DNA of 33,101 bases from a virus (taxonomy: Duplodnaviria; Caudoviricetes). Location: positions 1-33,101 of the IMG/VR virus record IMGVR_UViG_3300020042_001306. One strand, written 5' to 3'. Below the pieces are notes generated by a model. It ran no database searches. It was not told the DNA's origin and saw nothing but the letters and a program-made list of their open reading frames with translations. Positions 8,317 through 17,240 of this stretch are shown here, in pieces (position 1 is the first letter of the stretch; every line of letters starts with the position of its first letter). The position numbers were made by a program, and so were the translations under genes.

Positions 8317-9528
8317 ATGTCTAATAGTATTCTGACGATCGACATGATCACCCGTAAGGCTCTTGAGATTCTTGAGAACAACCTTGTAATTACCCGTAAC
8401 GTGAACCGCCAGTACGACGACAGCTTTGCTGTTGAAGGCGCTAAAATTGGTTCTACACTGCGCATTCGCTTACCCGACCGCGCTTTGGTAACTGACGGTG
8501 CTGCCTTGCAAGTGCAAGACGACAACGAACAGTTCACCACATTGACTGTTGCTTCACAAAAGCACATTGGTGTCAACTTCACATCTGCTGAATTGACAAT
8601 GCAGTTGGACGACTTTGCAGAACGTGTGCTTAAGCCTCGTATCAGCCAGTTGGCATCTTCTATTGATGCTGACGTTGCCAACGCGTACAAAACCATTGGT
8701 AACACTGTTGGCACTCCTGGCACAACTCCTTCAACTTCTTTGGTCTTGTTGCAAGCCCAGCAGAAGCTAAACGAAAACGCGGCTGTAATGTCTCCACGTT
8801 ACGCTACTGTGAACCCTGCTGCTAACGCTGGTTTGGTTGAAGGCATGAAAGGTCTGTTTAACCCAACAGACACTGTCAGCAAGCAATTCAAGAACGGCAT
8901 GATGGGTATGGGCGTGTTGGGCTTTGAAGAAGTCAACATGTCTCAATCAATTAAGCAGCACACAACTGGCTCACGTAGCGCCAGTGCTTCTACATTGGTT
9001 AAGACACCTGGCGTTACTTCCGAAGGTTCATCAACCATTCTGTTGGAACAAGGCTCTGTAACCACCACCATTAAAGCTGGTGATGTGTTTACAGTCTCTG
9101 CTTGCAATGCGGTTAACCCACAGACCCGTGAGTCAACTGGTTCGCTGTTCCAATTCGTTGCTTTGGCTGACGCTACTGCTTCGTCTGGTACTTGGACTGT
9201 GACCGTGGCGGCTATGTATTCTGCTGCACATGCTTTGGCTACCGTAGACGTGTTGCCTGCAACTGGCGCTACCGTAACCTTTGTGGGCGCTGCTTCTACT
9301 CAGTACGCACAGAACTTGGTTTACCACAAAGATGCGATCACATTTGCGACCGCTGACTTGTTGTTGCCCCAAGGCGTTGACATGGCTGCCCGTGCCGTTC
9401 ACAACGGTATCAGCTTGCGTGTGGTTCGCCAGTACGACATCAACAACGACCGTATGCCTTGCCGTATTGACGTTTTGTACGGCTTCAGCACAATGCGTCC
9501 ACAAATGGCCTGCCGTATCTGGGGCTAA
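8317..9528 (+). CDS. Major capsid protein, P22 gp5 coat family
   Basis: 403 aa; KIGSTLRIRLP, NLVYHKDAITFAT, RIDVLYG motifs; strong codon bias. Confidence 0.95.
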   Translation: MSNSILTIDMITRKALEILENNLVITRNVNRQYDDSFAVEGAKIGSTLRIRLPDRALVTDGAALQVQDDNEQFTTLTVASQKHIGVNFTSAELTMQLDDFAERVLKPRISQLASSIDADVANAYKTIGNTVGTPGTTPSTSLVLLQAQQKLNENAAVMSPRYATVNPAANAGLVEGMKGLFNPTDTVSKQFKNGMMGMGVLGFEEVNMSQSIKQHTTGSRSASASTLVKTPGVTSEGSSTILLEQGSVTTTIKAGDVFTVSACNAVNPQTRESTGSLFQFVALADATASSGTWTVTVAAMYSAAHALATVDVLPATGATVTFVGAASTQYAQNLVYHKDAITFATADLLLPQGVDMAARAVHNGISLRVVRQYDINNDRMPCRIDVLYGFSTMRPQMACRIWG

Positions 9529-9530
9529 TC

Positions 9531-9556
9531 TGAATGCCCCCTCGGGGGCTTCATTT
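9531..9556 (+). terminator. Hairpin after the coat gene (weak terminator or stabiliser)
   Basis: TGAA-t-GCCCC-ctcg-GGGGC-TTCA with a short T tail. Confidence 0.5.
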
Positions 9557-9582
9557 CGTAACACTTTTTAAAGGAAAATATC

Positions 9583-9984
9583 ATGGCACTCCCTAATGGC
9601 GCTGGTGGCTACCAGCTTGGTGACGGCAATATCGGTGAAGCTGTTCTGTCGGTTCAAGGTGCGCCCACTGCCGTGGCCGCCGCCGCGACAATGACGGCCG
9701 CTGAACTGTCTAATGGCTTGTTTGTGTTCAACGGCGCTGCCGGTAATCTGACTTTGCCCACCGTGGCATTGGTAGAAGCCGACATTACGGCTGCATCAAA
9801 AGTCAACGCTTCTTTTGACTTCATCATCATCAATATCGACGCTTCCGGTTCTGATTCAGTCACTTTGGCTGCCGGTACTGGCTGGACACTTGTTGGTGTT
9901 GCTGCGGTTGCTGTTAATACGTCTGCTCAGTTCCGCGCCCGTAAAACCGGCGATGGCACTTGGACTGCGTACCGCATTGCTTAA
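9583..9984 (+). CDS. Putative capsid decoration protein
   Basis: Directly after coat; AAGGA RBS; Ala-rich; LTLPT motif. Confidence 0.7.
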   Translation: MALPNGAGGYQLGDGNIGEAVLSVQGAPTAVAAAATMTAAELSNGLFVFNGAAGNLTLPTVALVEADITAASKVNASFDFIIINIDASGSDSVTLAAGTGWTLVGVAAVAVNTSAQFRARKTGDGTWTAYRIA

Positions 9985-9993
9985 ACCTAAATG

Positions 9994-10014
9994 GGGGCTT
10001 CGGCCCCTGTTTTT
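9994..10014 (+). terminator. Rho-independent terminator with UUCG loop
   Basis: GGGGC-TTCG-GCCCC-TGTTTTT. Confidence 0.75.
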
Positions 10015-10026
10015 AAAGGAAACATC

Positions 10027-10491
10027 ATGCCAAATACAAAAGCTGTAGGAGTCGCATATAGCGACCCTGAATTTGATAGCGTAACCGTTACCGGCGCGTC
10101 AGCGTTGCAAACGGTAACCGCTACGACCATAACCGCTACAACCGTAACCGGCAATTCAACCGGCACGTCAACCGGCGCTATTCGCCTTCCTGTTGCTGCT
10201 GTTGCAGCGGCTGGCACTAATCAAGGCAATGCTGCTGCACTAGCTGAAGGTATCAATGTCGTTTCGGCGGCAGATGGTACTAAAGGCGTGATTTTGCCTA
10301 CAGCGGTAGCTGGTATGGTGATCATTGTTAAAAACACTGCTGCTGGCGCGTTAAATATTTATCCCGCCACTGGCGGGGCAGTCAATGCAGTTGCGGCTAA
10401 CGGTGCGTATAGCATTACAAACCTTACCAGTTCGTTGCTAGTGGCATCTTCCACTACCCAGTGGTATTCTGTTCCATTGGTAGCATCCTAA
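10027..10491 (+). CDS. Putative head fibre/decoration protein
   Basis: AAGGA RBS favours ATG 10027; TKAVGVAYSD N-terminus, VTATT repeats, VILPTAVAG...VKN domain. Confidence 0.7.
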   Translation: MPNTKAVGVAYSDPEFDSVTVTGASALQTVTATTITATTVTGNSTGTSTGAIRLPVAAVAAAGTNQGNAAALAEGINVVSAADGTKGVILPTAVAGMVIIVKNTAAGALNIYPATGGAVNAVAANGAYSITNLTSSLLVASSTTQWYSVPLVAS

Positions 10492-10493
10492 CC

Positions 10494-10522
10494 AAAAGGG
10501 GGCTAATCACCCCCTTTTTTTT
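10494..10522 (+). terminator. Rho-independent terminator
   Basis: AAAAGGGGG-ctaatca-CCCCC-T8. Confidence 0.8.
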
Positions 10523-10525
10523 AAT

Positions 10526-10735
10526 ATGAACATTTATCTTAGCCACCCAGTTCACGGCGCTAAAGTTGCCACAATGGAACTTGAAGCCGAAGCAGATGAA
10601 AAAAATGGCTGGACACGCTACAATGTAGACACGCCTTCGGACTCCGAAGATGCGGCCCCCGTAAACGTATTGGGGACAAAACGCAAATCTACCCGTCGAA
10701 CTCAAGTTGTCGAGGGTGCAACCGAAGGAGTCTGA
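10526..10735 (+). CDS. Small hypothetical protein between head and tail-hub genes
   Basis: 69 aa; YLSHPVHGAKVA motif; fills the gap between neighbours. Confidence 0.7.
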   Translation: MNIYLSHPVHGAKVATMELEAEADEKNGWTRYNVDTPSDSEDAAPVNVLGTKRKSTRRTQVVEGATEGV

Positions 10736-10737
10736 GA

Positions 10738-11454
10738 ATGGCAACGTACACCGCTGGCGAACAAATTAACCGAGCATTGCGCTTGCTAGGTGTACTGGCT
10801 GAAGGTGAAACACCTTCGGCAGACATGTCAAATGACGCGCTGACCGCGCTCGATCAGATGATCGACTCATGGAATACCGAGCGACTGTCGGTGTTTGCCA
10901 CACAAGATCAAATGTTTACTTGGCCTGCGGGCCAAATCACCCGAACGCTTGGCCCAACGGGTAACTTTGTGGGCCTGCGCCCAGTGTTGCTAGATGATGC
11001 AACTTATTACCGTGACCCTGGCACAAACGTGTCTTTTGGTATTAAGTTTATCAATCAGCAACAGTATGATGGCATTGCGGTTAAAACCGTAACGTCCACA
11101 TACCCGCAAGTTATTTTTGTCAATAACACATACCCCAATTTTACAATGACGGTGTACCCCCAGCCCACACGGGACTTGGAATGGCACTTCATTTCGGTTG
11201 AAAAAATAAATCAGCCCGCTACGTTGGCAACGCAAATGTTGTTTCCACCGGGCTACTTGAGAGCATTTACCTACAACTTGGCAATGGAAATTGCACCTGA
11301 GTATGGCGTTGAGCCAAGCCCGCAAGTGCAGCGCATTGCCATGACTAGCAAACGCAATCTTAAGCGCATCAATAACCCAGACGATGTGATGTCGTTGCCT
11401 TATGCAATTGTGGCAACACGCCAGCGTTTTAACATTTACGCTGGTAACTACTGA
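10738..11454 (+). CDS. Head-to-tail adaptor (P22 gp4-like)
   Basis: TAGEQINRALRLLGVLAEGETP...AL..L..MIDSW; PPGY..A..YNLA.EIAPEYG. Confidence 0.85.
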   Translation: MATYTAGEQINRALRLLGVLAEGETPSADMSNDALTALDQMIDSWNTERLSVFATQDQMFTWPAGQITRTLGPTGNFVGLRPVLLDDATYYRDPGTNVSFGIKFINQQQYDGIAVKTVTSTYPQVIFVNNTYPNFTMTVYPQPTRDLEWHFISVEKINQPATLATQMLFPPGYLRAFTYNLAMEIAPEYGVEPSPQVQRIAMTSKRNLKRINNPDDVMSLPYAIVATRQRFNIYAGNY

Positions 11455-13115
11455 TGAAGACACCTATTCTTGGGTCGGCCTATGTAGCGCGTAGCGTTAA
11501 CGCTGCCGACGCGCGAATGGTCAACCTTTTTCCAGAAGCCATACCCGAGGGCGGTAAAGAGCCGGGGTTCTTAAACCGCGCGCCAGGACTGCGCCTTTTG
11601 GCAAACATGGGCGATGGCCCTATACGCGGGTTATGGCAGTTTGGCGGCTACGGTTATGCTGTATCTGGTGAAGTGCTATATAAAATTGACAGTATTTGGA
11701 ATGCGTCTGCGGTTGGTACTGTTTCAGGATCATCTGGCCCTGTCAGCATGGCAGACAACGGAACGCAATTATTCATTGCTTGTAATGGCCCTAGTTTTAT
11801 TTACAATAGTTTAACGCTGTCGTTTGCGCAAATTACCGACGTAGACTTTCCCGGCGCGGTCACGGTAGGCTACATCAACGGTTATTTTGTGTTTAATGAA
11901 CCAAATAGCCAACGGATATGGATTACAACCCTACTAAACGGGCAATCAATTGACCCGCTAGATTTTGCAAGCGCTGAAGGCTCTCCTGATGGCTTAGTGT
12001 CGCTTATTGTTGATCACCGCGAGATATGGTTGTTTGGAACCAATTCAGTTGAAGTTTGGTACGACGCTGGCTCATCTCCATTTCCGTTAGTGCCCGTTCA
12101 AGGTGCGTTTAACGAAGTCGGCTGTATTGCAGCCTTTTCGGTTGCCAAACTAGACAACGGCCTTTTCTGGCTAGGTTCTGACGCGCGCGGCCAAGGCATT
12201 GTCTACCGTGCCAATGGTTACGCTGCCCAACGAATATCTACACATGCTGTAGAGTGGCAAATCCAGCAATACGAAAACCTTTCGGATGCCATTGCTTACA
12301 CATACCAGCAAGACGGCCATTCGTTCTATGTGTTGATCTTTCCTTCAGCCAATGCTACTTGGGTGTTTGACGTTGCTACTTCGCTTTGGCACGAACGCGC
12401 TGCGTTTATCAATGGTTCGTTTACCCGTCATCGGTCAAATTGCCAAATGTCGTTTAGTAATGAAATTGTTGTAGGCGACCATGAACTTGGAAACATCTAT
12501 GCATTTGATTTAGATGTGTTTTCAGACGCTGGCGCGGTGCAGAAGTGGCTTCGGTCATGGAGGGCGTTGCCGGTTGGCACAAACGATTTAAAACGCACTG
12601 CCCAACATTCACTTCAACTTGACGCAGAAACAGGCGCTATTAATTCAAGCGTTACTACAACGCCGGTTATTGTAGATACTTCAAATCCTAACGATGATTT
12701 GCTTACCGAAAGCGGTGATTTTCTTGTTTGGGAATACTTAGCGACTCCATTGACCGAAGTGTTATTAACCGAAAACGGTGACAACCTTGTTCAAGAAGAC
12801 GGCGGTCGAATTGTGCTTGCTGTAATTCCAGTTAGCGCTGTGGGTGGTAGGCTGTTAATTCAAAGTGGTTTTTTTACCGCGACTGCAATTGACCCTCAAG
12901 TTATGCTGCGTTGGTCTGATGACGGCGGCCACACTTGGAGCAATGAACACTGGCGGTCTATGGGTTTAACAGGCCAATGGGGGCGGCGTGTAATCTGGCG
13001 TCGATTAGGCATGACGCTAAAGTTGCGTGACCGTGTTTATGAAGTGTCTGGCACAGACCAAGTAAAAATAGCAATCATGGGCGCTGAACTTAATGTGAGC
13101 GCAACCAATGCCTAA
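11454..13115 (+). CDS. Packaged DNA stabilisation/tail hub protein (P22 gp10-like)
   Basis: VSMADNG, FASAEGSPD, TYQQDGHSFY, PQVMLRWSDDGGHTWS, IWRRLG motifs. Confidence 0.93.
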   Translation: MKTPILGSAYVARSVNAADARMVNLFPEAIPEGGKEPGFLNRAPGLRLLANMGDGPIRGLWQFGGYGYAVSGEVLYKIDSIWNASAVGTVSGSSGPVSMADNGTQLFIACNGPSFIYNSLTLSFAQITDVDFPGAVTVGYINGYFVFNEPNSQRIWITTLLNGQSIDPLDFASAEGSPDGLVSLIVDHREIWLFGTNSVEVWYDAGSSPFPLVPVQGAFNEVGCIAAFSVAKLDNGLFWLGSDARGQGIVYRANGYAAQRISTHAVEWQIQQYENLSDAIAYTYQQDGHSFYVLIFPSANATWVFDVATSLWHERAAFINGSFTRHRSNCQMSFSNEIVVGDHELGNIYAFDLDVFSDAGAVQKWLRSWRALPVGTNDLKRTAQHSLQLDAETGAINSSVTTTPVIVDTSNPNDDLLTESGDFLVWEYLATPLTEVLLTENGDNLVQEDGGRIVLAVIPVSAVGGRLLIQSGFFTATAIDPQVMLRWSDDGGHTWSNEHWRSMGLTGQWGRRVIWRRLGMTLKLRDRVYEVSGTDQVKIAIMGAELNVSATNA

Positions 13116-13806
13116 CACCACGCCAAACATCACCAAAATACCTTCTGCGCGGGTAGCTTTGATTGAGGAAAATACAAATTTAGTTTCGCGAGAATGGTTT
13201 CGTTTTTTTAATAACATTTACACCATATCCGGCGGCGCTACTTTAGGTATTACGCAAATTGAAAATGGTGGTACGGGTGCGGATACCGTTGCGGGCGCGC
13301 GGGCTAATTTAGGCGTTGGTACAGTTACCCGTGTTCAAGGAACGGGCACTGTAAGCGGTATAACTTTGACGGGCGATGTAACAACAAGCGGTAGTTTGAC
13401 GTTAGGCGGGGCGTTGTCAAACATTGACATTGGAACCCAAACTATCGGCGCCATTAACTTAACCACACGCGCTGAAGGTGTGCTACCAGTTGCCAATGGC
13501 GGCACGGGTATGGCGGCAACAACTATTGCCACCAAAGCGGCCGACTTTAGCCTTGCTGACAACGAAGGGTGGGTAATCAACAACAAGTCAGGTTCGACTT
13601 GTACGGTCACACTCCCCGCCGCGTCGTTGTGGGGTGGCCGCGCAGTAGGGTTTAAAAACTTGCAAGCGCAGGCGTTGGTATCAGCGTCTAGCAATGTTGC
13701 GCCTATTGGCAGCGCCACGCCGGGCACAACAATTCTTGCTGCCAGCGCAGGCGCATGGGCGACCCTTGTCTCAGACGGCACAAACTGGGTAATCATGGCA
13801 TCATGA
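13108..13806 (+). CDS. Tail needle/short fibre protein
   Basis: Follows gp10; SREWFRFF N-terminus, two NGGTG repeats, C-terminal VTLPAA...LVSDGTNW domain. Confidence 0.7.
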   Translation: MPNTTPNITKIPSARVALIEENTNLVSREWFRFFNNIYTISGGATLGITQIENGGTGADTVAGARANLGVGTVTRVQGTGTVSGITLTGDVTTSGSLTLGGALSNIDIGTQTIGAINLTTRAEGVLPVANGGTGMAATTIATKAADFSLADNEGWVINNKSGSTCTVTLPAASLWGGRAVGFKNLQAQALVSASSNVAPIGSATPGTTILAASAGAWATLVSDGTNWVIMAS

Positions 13807-14651
13807 TTAAATATTACCCAACTTCGGTAACTTACGGCAAGGGCTTCGGGTTAACAACGGCCAAAAAAGTCAAAGCGCTTCAGGACGAACTGTTAAAAAT
13901 GCCACAGGCTGACATTGTTACAACGCACACGTTCCTTCCCGGCGCGTACGAACGCGCGGTTACGATCCCCGCATGGACTGTGCTGACGGGCGCAGAACAC
14001 AAGACTTCCTATCGTGTGCGGCTAGAAAAAGGCACAATTGCGGTAAACACGGACGACGGCGTTAAAGTTCTTACCGCGCCATGTGAGTTTGAATCTAAAG
14101 CAGGGATGCAACGCGCTGGCCGAGTGTTTGATGAAGAAGTAGTTTGGATTGATGTTTACGACAATCCTGACAACTGCACAGACCTTGCAGTTCTTGAAGA
14201 CCGACTGTACGTTGTCCCTGAGTGCGGGCTGGCCGATAGCCGAACAGATGCTCAAAAAGCACGGATTGACTACGGTTTATTTTTGCACCAGTTGGGCATA
14301 GCAGACGCCGACGTAGCTAAAATAGCGCAAATTGAATCAGACCTAATCAATATGCCTGAAGGGTTTTCTGTAGAACTCAAGCCATCAAACATTCACGGTC
14401 TTGGACTTTTTGCGACAAAAGACTTTGAAGTTGGTGAAACTGTTTGTCCGGGTAGACTTGACGGAAAGCGCACTCCCGGTGGAAGATACATCAATCATTC
14501 CCAAAACAGCAACATTCAACCAGAACTGGTTGGGGATAACATATTTGCCGTTGCTTCGCGTAAAATCAACGCAGGCGATGAATTATTGGTTGACTATCGA
14601 GCATCAATGAGAGTTAATTTTGGCTTTGTAATGCAAGGAGAAATATTATGA
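13803..14651 (+). CDS. Cupin-like domain fused to a SET-domain lysine methyltransferase
   Basis: N-terminal PQ...HTF.PG.Y.R.VTIPA.TVLTG.EHK; C-terminal SET motifs IHGLGLFA, RYINHS, GDELLVDY; ATGA overlaps at both ends. Confidence 0.85.
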   Translation: MIKYYPTSVTYGKGFGLTTAKKVKALQDELLKMPQADIVTTHTFLPGAYERAVTIPAWTVLTGAEHKTSYRVRLEKGTIAVNTDDGVKVLTAPCEFESKAGMQRAGRVFDEEVVWIDVYDNPDNCTDLAVLEDRLYVVPECGLADSRTDAQKARIDYGLFLHQLGIADADVAKIAQIESDLINMPEGFSVELKPSNIHGLGLFATKDFEVGETVCPGRLDGKRTPGGRYINHSQNSNIQPELVGDNIFAVASRKINAGDELLVDYRASMRVNFGFVMQGEIL

Positions 14652-15838
14652 GCGCATGGATAGCAGGCACGGCAATCGTTGCCAGTGCGGTAATTTCATC
14701 AAATGCTGCGGGAAATGCTGCGGACACTCAAGCTGCGGCTGCTAGAGATGCAGGCACAACAAGTCTTGAAGGACTTCAATTACAAATTGCCGCTGACAAA
14801 GAAAATGTCACTTTGCAAATTGCGGCTCAAAAAGATGCGTTAACTCAAACGCTTGCGGCTCAAAAAACAGCCGCAGAAGCTGGTAATGCTGCCGCTGCCG
14901 CAGCACTTGACAAGCAACTTAACGCACAAAGAGCAGCGCTTGATCAATCGCTTGGCTTGCAACGTGAATTGTTTAATAAACAAGTTGAAAATTTGCGTTC
15001 ATTTAAAGAAGCCGGTGAAAAAGGCCAAGCTCGTTTAATGGATTTACTAGGCTTAAGCGGCAATAAAGACGCGCCTGGCTATGGTTCTGCAACAACAGCG
15101 TTTAAGGTAGAAGGGTTTGATCCCAACACTTTGTTTCAAGAGTTTAATGCTCAAGAAATGAAAGAAGACCCCGGCTACGCATTTCGTTTGGCCGAAGGTC
15201 AAAAAGCTATTGAGCGCTCAACTGCGGCTAGGGGTGGATTGCAGTCCGGCGCTGCACTTAAAGCGGCGGCTGAGTACGGGCAAAGCATGGGTTCGCAAGA
15301 ATATAACAATGCTTTTAACCGTTTTCAAGCTGGCAAAGCATTTCAAGCCCAAGAGTACGGCAATGCTTTTAATCGGTTTACCGCCGCGCGTCAAAACCAA
15401 CTTGCGCCGCTGTTGTCTTTGACAGCTAGCGGCCAGGCTTCAGCGGCTATGCAAGCAAACGCTGCGGGTAATTTTGCATCTAGTGGATCACAAGCCATTC
15501 AAAACGCTGGTGCTGGCGAGAGCGCTGCGTATGGTAACTATGGCGCAATGACCGGCGATATAGCCGCGCGAACTGGCGCTGGTAACACTGCTGCTTATGG
15601 CAATTACGGGGCTAATCTTTCAAACATATACGGCACGTCCAATGCCAACCGTCAAAGCGCTTATGCCACAAACACAGCTAACCAAATAAATTCAATTACT
15701 GGCGCAGGAAATGCTACGGCCGCAGGACAAATTGGTTCGGCAAACGCGTTTAGCAATGCTATTAACCAAGGCATAAGTTTGTATGGAGCATACAACACCA
15801 ATCAGTTGATGAACAGATACCTTACAAGAACAACATAA
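14648..15838 (+). CDS. Internal virion/DNA ejection protein (P22 gp7-like)
   Basis: Ala/Gln/Gly-rich; DPGYAFRL.EG..AIER..AARGGL.SG motif. Confidence 0.8.
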   Translation: MSAWIAGTAIVASAVISSNAAGNAADTQAAAARDAGTTSLEGLQLQIAADKENVTLQIAAQKDALTQTLAAQKTAAEAGNAAAAAALDKQLNAQRAALDQSLGLQRELFNKQVENLRSFKEAGEKGQARLMDLLGLSGNKDAPGYGSATTAFKVEGFDPNTLFQEFNAQEMKEDPGYAFRLAEGQKAIERSTAARGGLQSGAALKAAAEYGQSMGSQEYNNAFNRFQAGKAFQAQEYGNAFNRFTAARQNQLAPLLSLTASGQASAAMQANAAGNFASSGSQAIQNAGAGESAAYGNYGAMTGDIAARTGAGNTAAYGNYGANLSNIYGTSNANRQSAYATNTANQINSITGAGNATAAGQIGSANAFSNAINQGISLYGAYNTNQLMNRYLTRTT

Positions 15839-15848
15839 GGACTAAGCC

Positions 15849-17240
15849 ATGCCAATCGACCCTAGCATTATTTCTGGCCTAAGGCCGACACAAATTGATT
15901 TTGCGCAGCTTTCGCCAATGAACGCGCTAACGGGCGCTATGAAGTTCAGGCAACTTGACCAAGAAAACAAACTTAACGCGCTAAAAATGCAAGAGTATGA
16001 GCGCGCTCGTACTGAAGAAGAAGGCTTGCGTAACTACCTAAGTGGCGGCAGGGAAATGCCTGCGGCAGACCTTAGTTCGCCGGACACGCGAACAAATTTG
16101 TTGCGATATGGCAAAACTGGCGCAACGTATGCCAAGGCTTTAACCGAACAAGATACAGCAGCTTTGACGCAAAAGAAAGCGCAGTTTGAAATTCAAAAAT
16201 CAAGAAAAGATTTTGTTGCACAAGCACAACGCGACACAAGTCAAAACCCATCGGACGCCAACATTACGGCGTACAAAGAAGACTTGATGGCTAACCCGCT
16301 GTTTACTGAAGCTGAAAAAAAGCAAATGGCTGCGGGGGCTGACCGAATTTTGGCTATGCCTGTTGGTGAACGTAAAGCGTTTATGGCTAGCCAAGGCGCA
16401 AGCGCAAGCGAGTTGAAGCCGGCAATTTCACAAGTTAACCGGTCTGGACAGACTGATGTAATATCAACACCTGCGTTTGGCGGTACGCCTACAACGCTCG
16501 GCAACTTTTCCGACGTTCCATTGCCTGCCAACGTGCAAGCGCAAAAAATTCAAATTGCGCAGCAGAGCCGGCCGCCAGCACAGCCTTCTGCGCCGGTTGC
16601 GGTTATTGGACTAGATGGCAAACCAATGTATGTATCGCGTGAACAGGCAATTAGTCAAGGAATGCAACCCGCATCTAGCGCAGCTAACTTAAAACCTTTG
16701 ACAGAAGGGCAAACAATTAAATTGCGTACCGATGTTGGCAAAGATTACAAAGCCGCATCAACTGCTTTGTCGCAAATGGATGACTTGCTTGACTCAATTG
16801 AGAGCGTCAAAACCGCGCCTGGCTTGTCAGCCGCTACAGGCTTTACGGGTAAGTATCTGCCGTCATTCTCTGAAGGCAAAGCGGCCCAAGCTGAGACACG
16901 CCTTGCTAACTTACGCGGTAAAGTAACTGCGTTAGGCAAGGCGACTGCGGCCATGTCAGGTGCAATTGGATCTATTGCCAATCAAGAATGGAAAATCTTG
17001 TCTGATCAAATTGCAGCGCTTGATGAAGTCAAAGGTAAAGGGCCTTTGCTTGAACAGATTGATTTGGTTGAACAACAAGCGCGTGGCGCTATTGCCCGCG
17101 TTCGAGACACATACGAAAAGACGCGGTCTGAAGACTTTGAGCGCTTCCCTCAGTTCCGCGATTTACCCGCTCCACGCGGTAAAAAAGATTCTGGTGGCGG
17201 TACTGGTGGGTTTAAATATCTCGGAAAAGAAGGTGGATAA
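15849..17240 (+). CDS. Internal virion/ejection protein (gp20-like position)
   Basis: 463 aa helical protein between gp7-like and a large ejection protein; GAIGSIANQEW motif. Confidence 0.7.
   Translation: MPIDPSIISGLRPTQIDFAQLSPMNALTGAMKFRQLDQENKLNALKMQEYERARTEEEGLRNYLSGGREMPAADLSSPDTRTNLLRYGKTGATYAKALTEQDTAALTQKKAQFEIQKSRKDFVAQAQRDTSQNPSDANITAYKEDLMANPLFTEAEKKQMAAGADRILAMPVGERKAFMASQGASASELKPAISQVNRSGQTDVISTPAFGGTPTTLGNFSDVPLPANVQAQKIQIAQQSRPPAQPSAPVAVIGLDGKPMYVSREQAISQGMQPASSAANLKPLTEGQTIKLRTDVGKDYKAASTALSQMDDLLDSIESVKTAPGLSAATGFTGKYLPSFSEGKAAQAETRLANLRGKVTALGKATAAMSGAIGSIANQEWKILSDQIAALDEVKGKGPLLEQIDLVEQQARGAIARVRDTYEKTRSEDFERFPQFRDLPAPRGKKDSGGGTGGFKYLGKEGG

Noticed and set aside
9991-10026. 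Upstream starts given by the ORF track (also 990, 6030, 13755, 21781, 24683, 32269, 32552)
   Set aside because: They overlap terminators or neighbouring genes; downstream ATGs have better RBS or coupling
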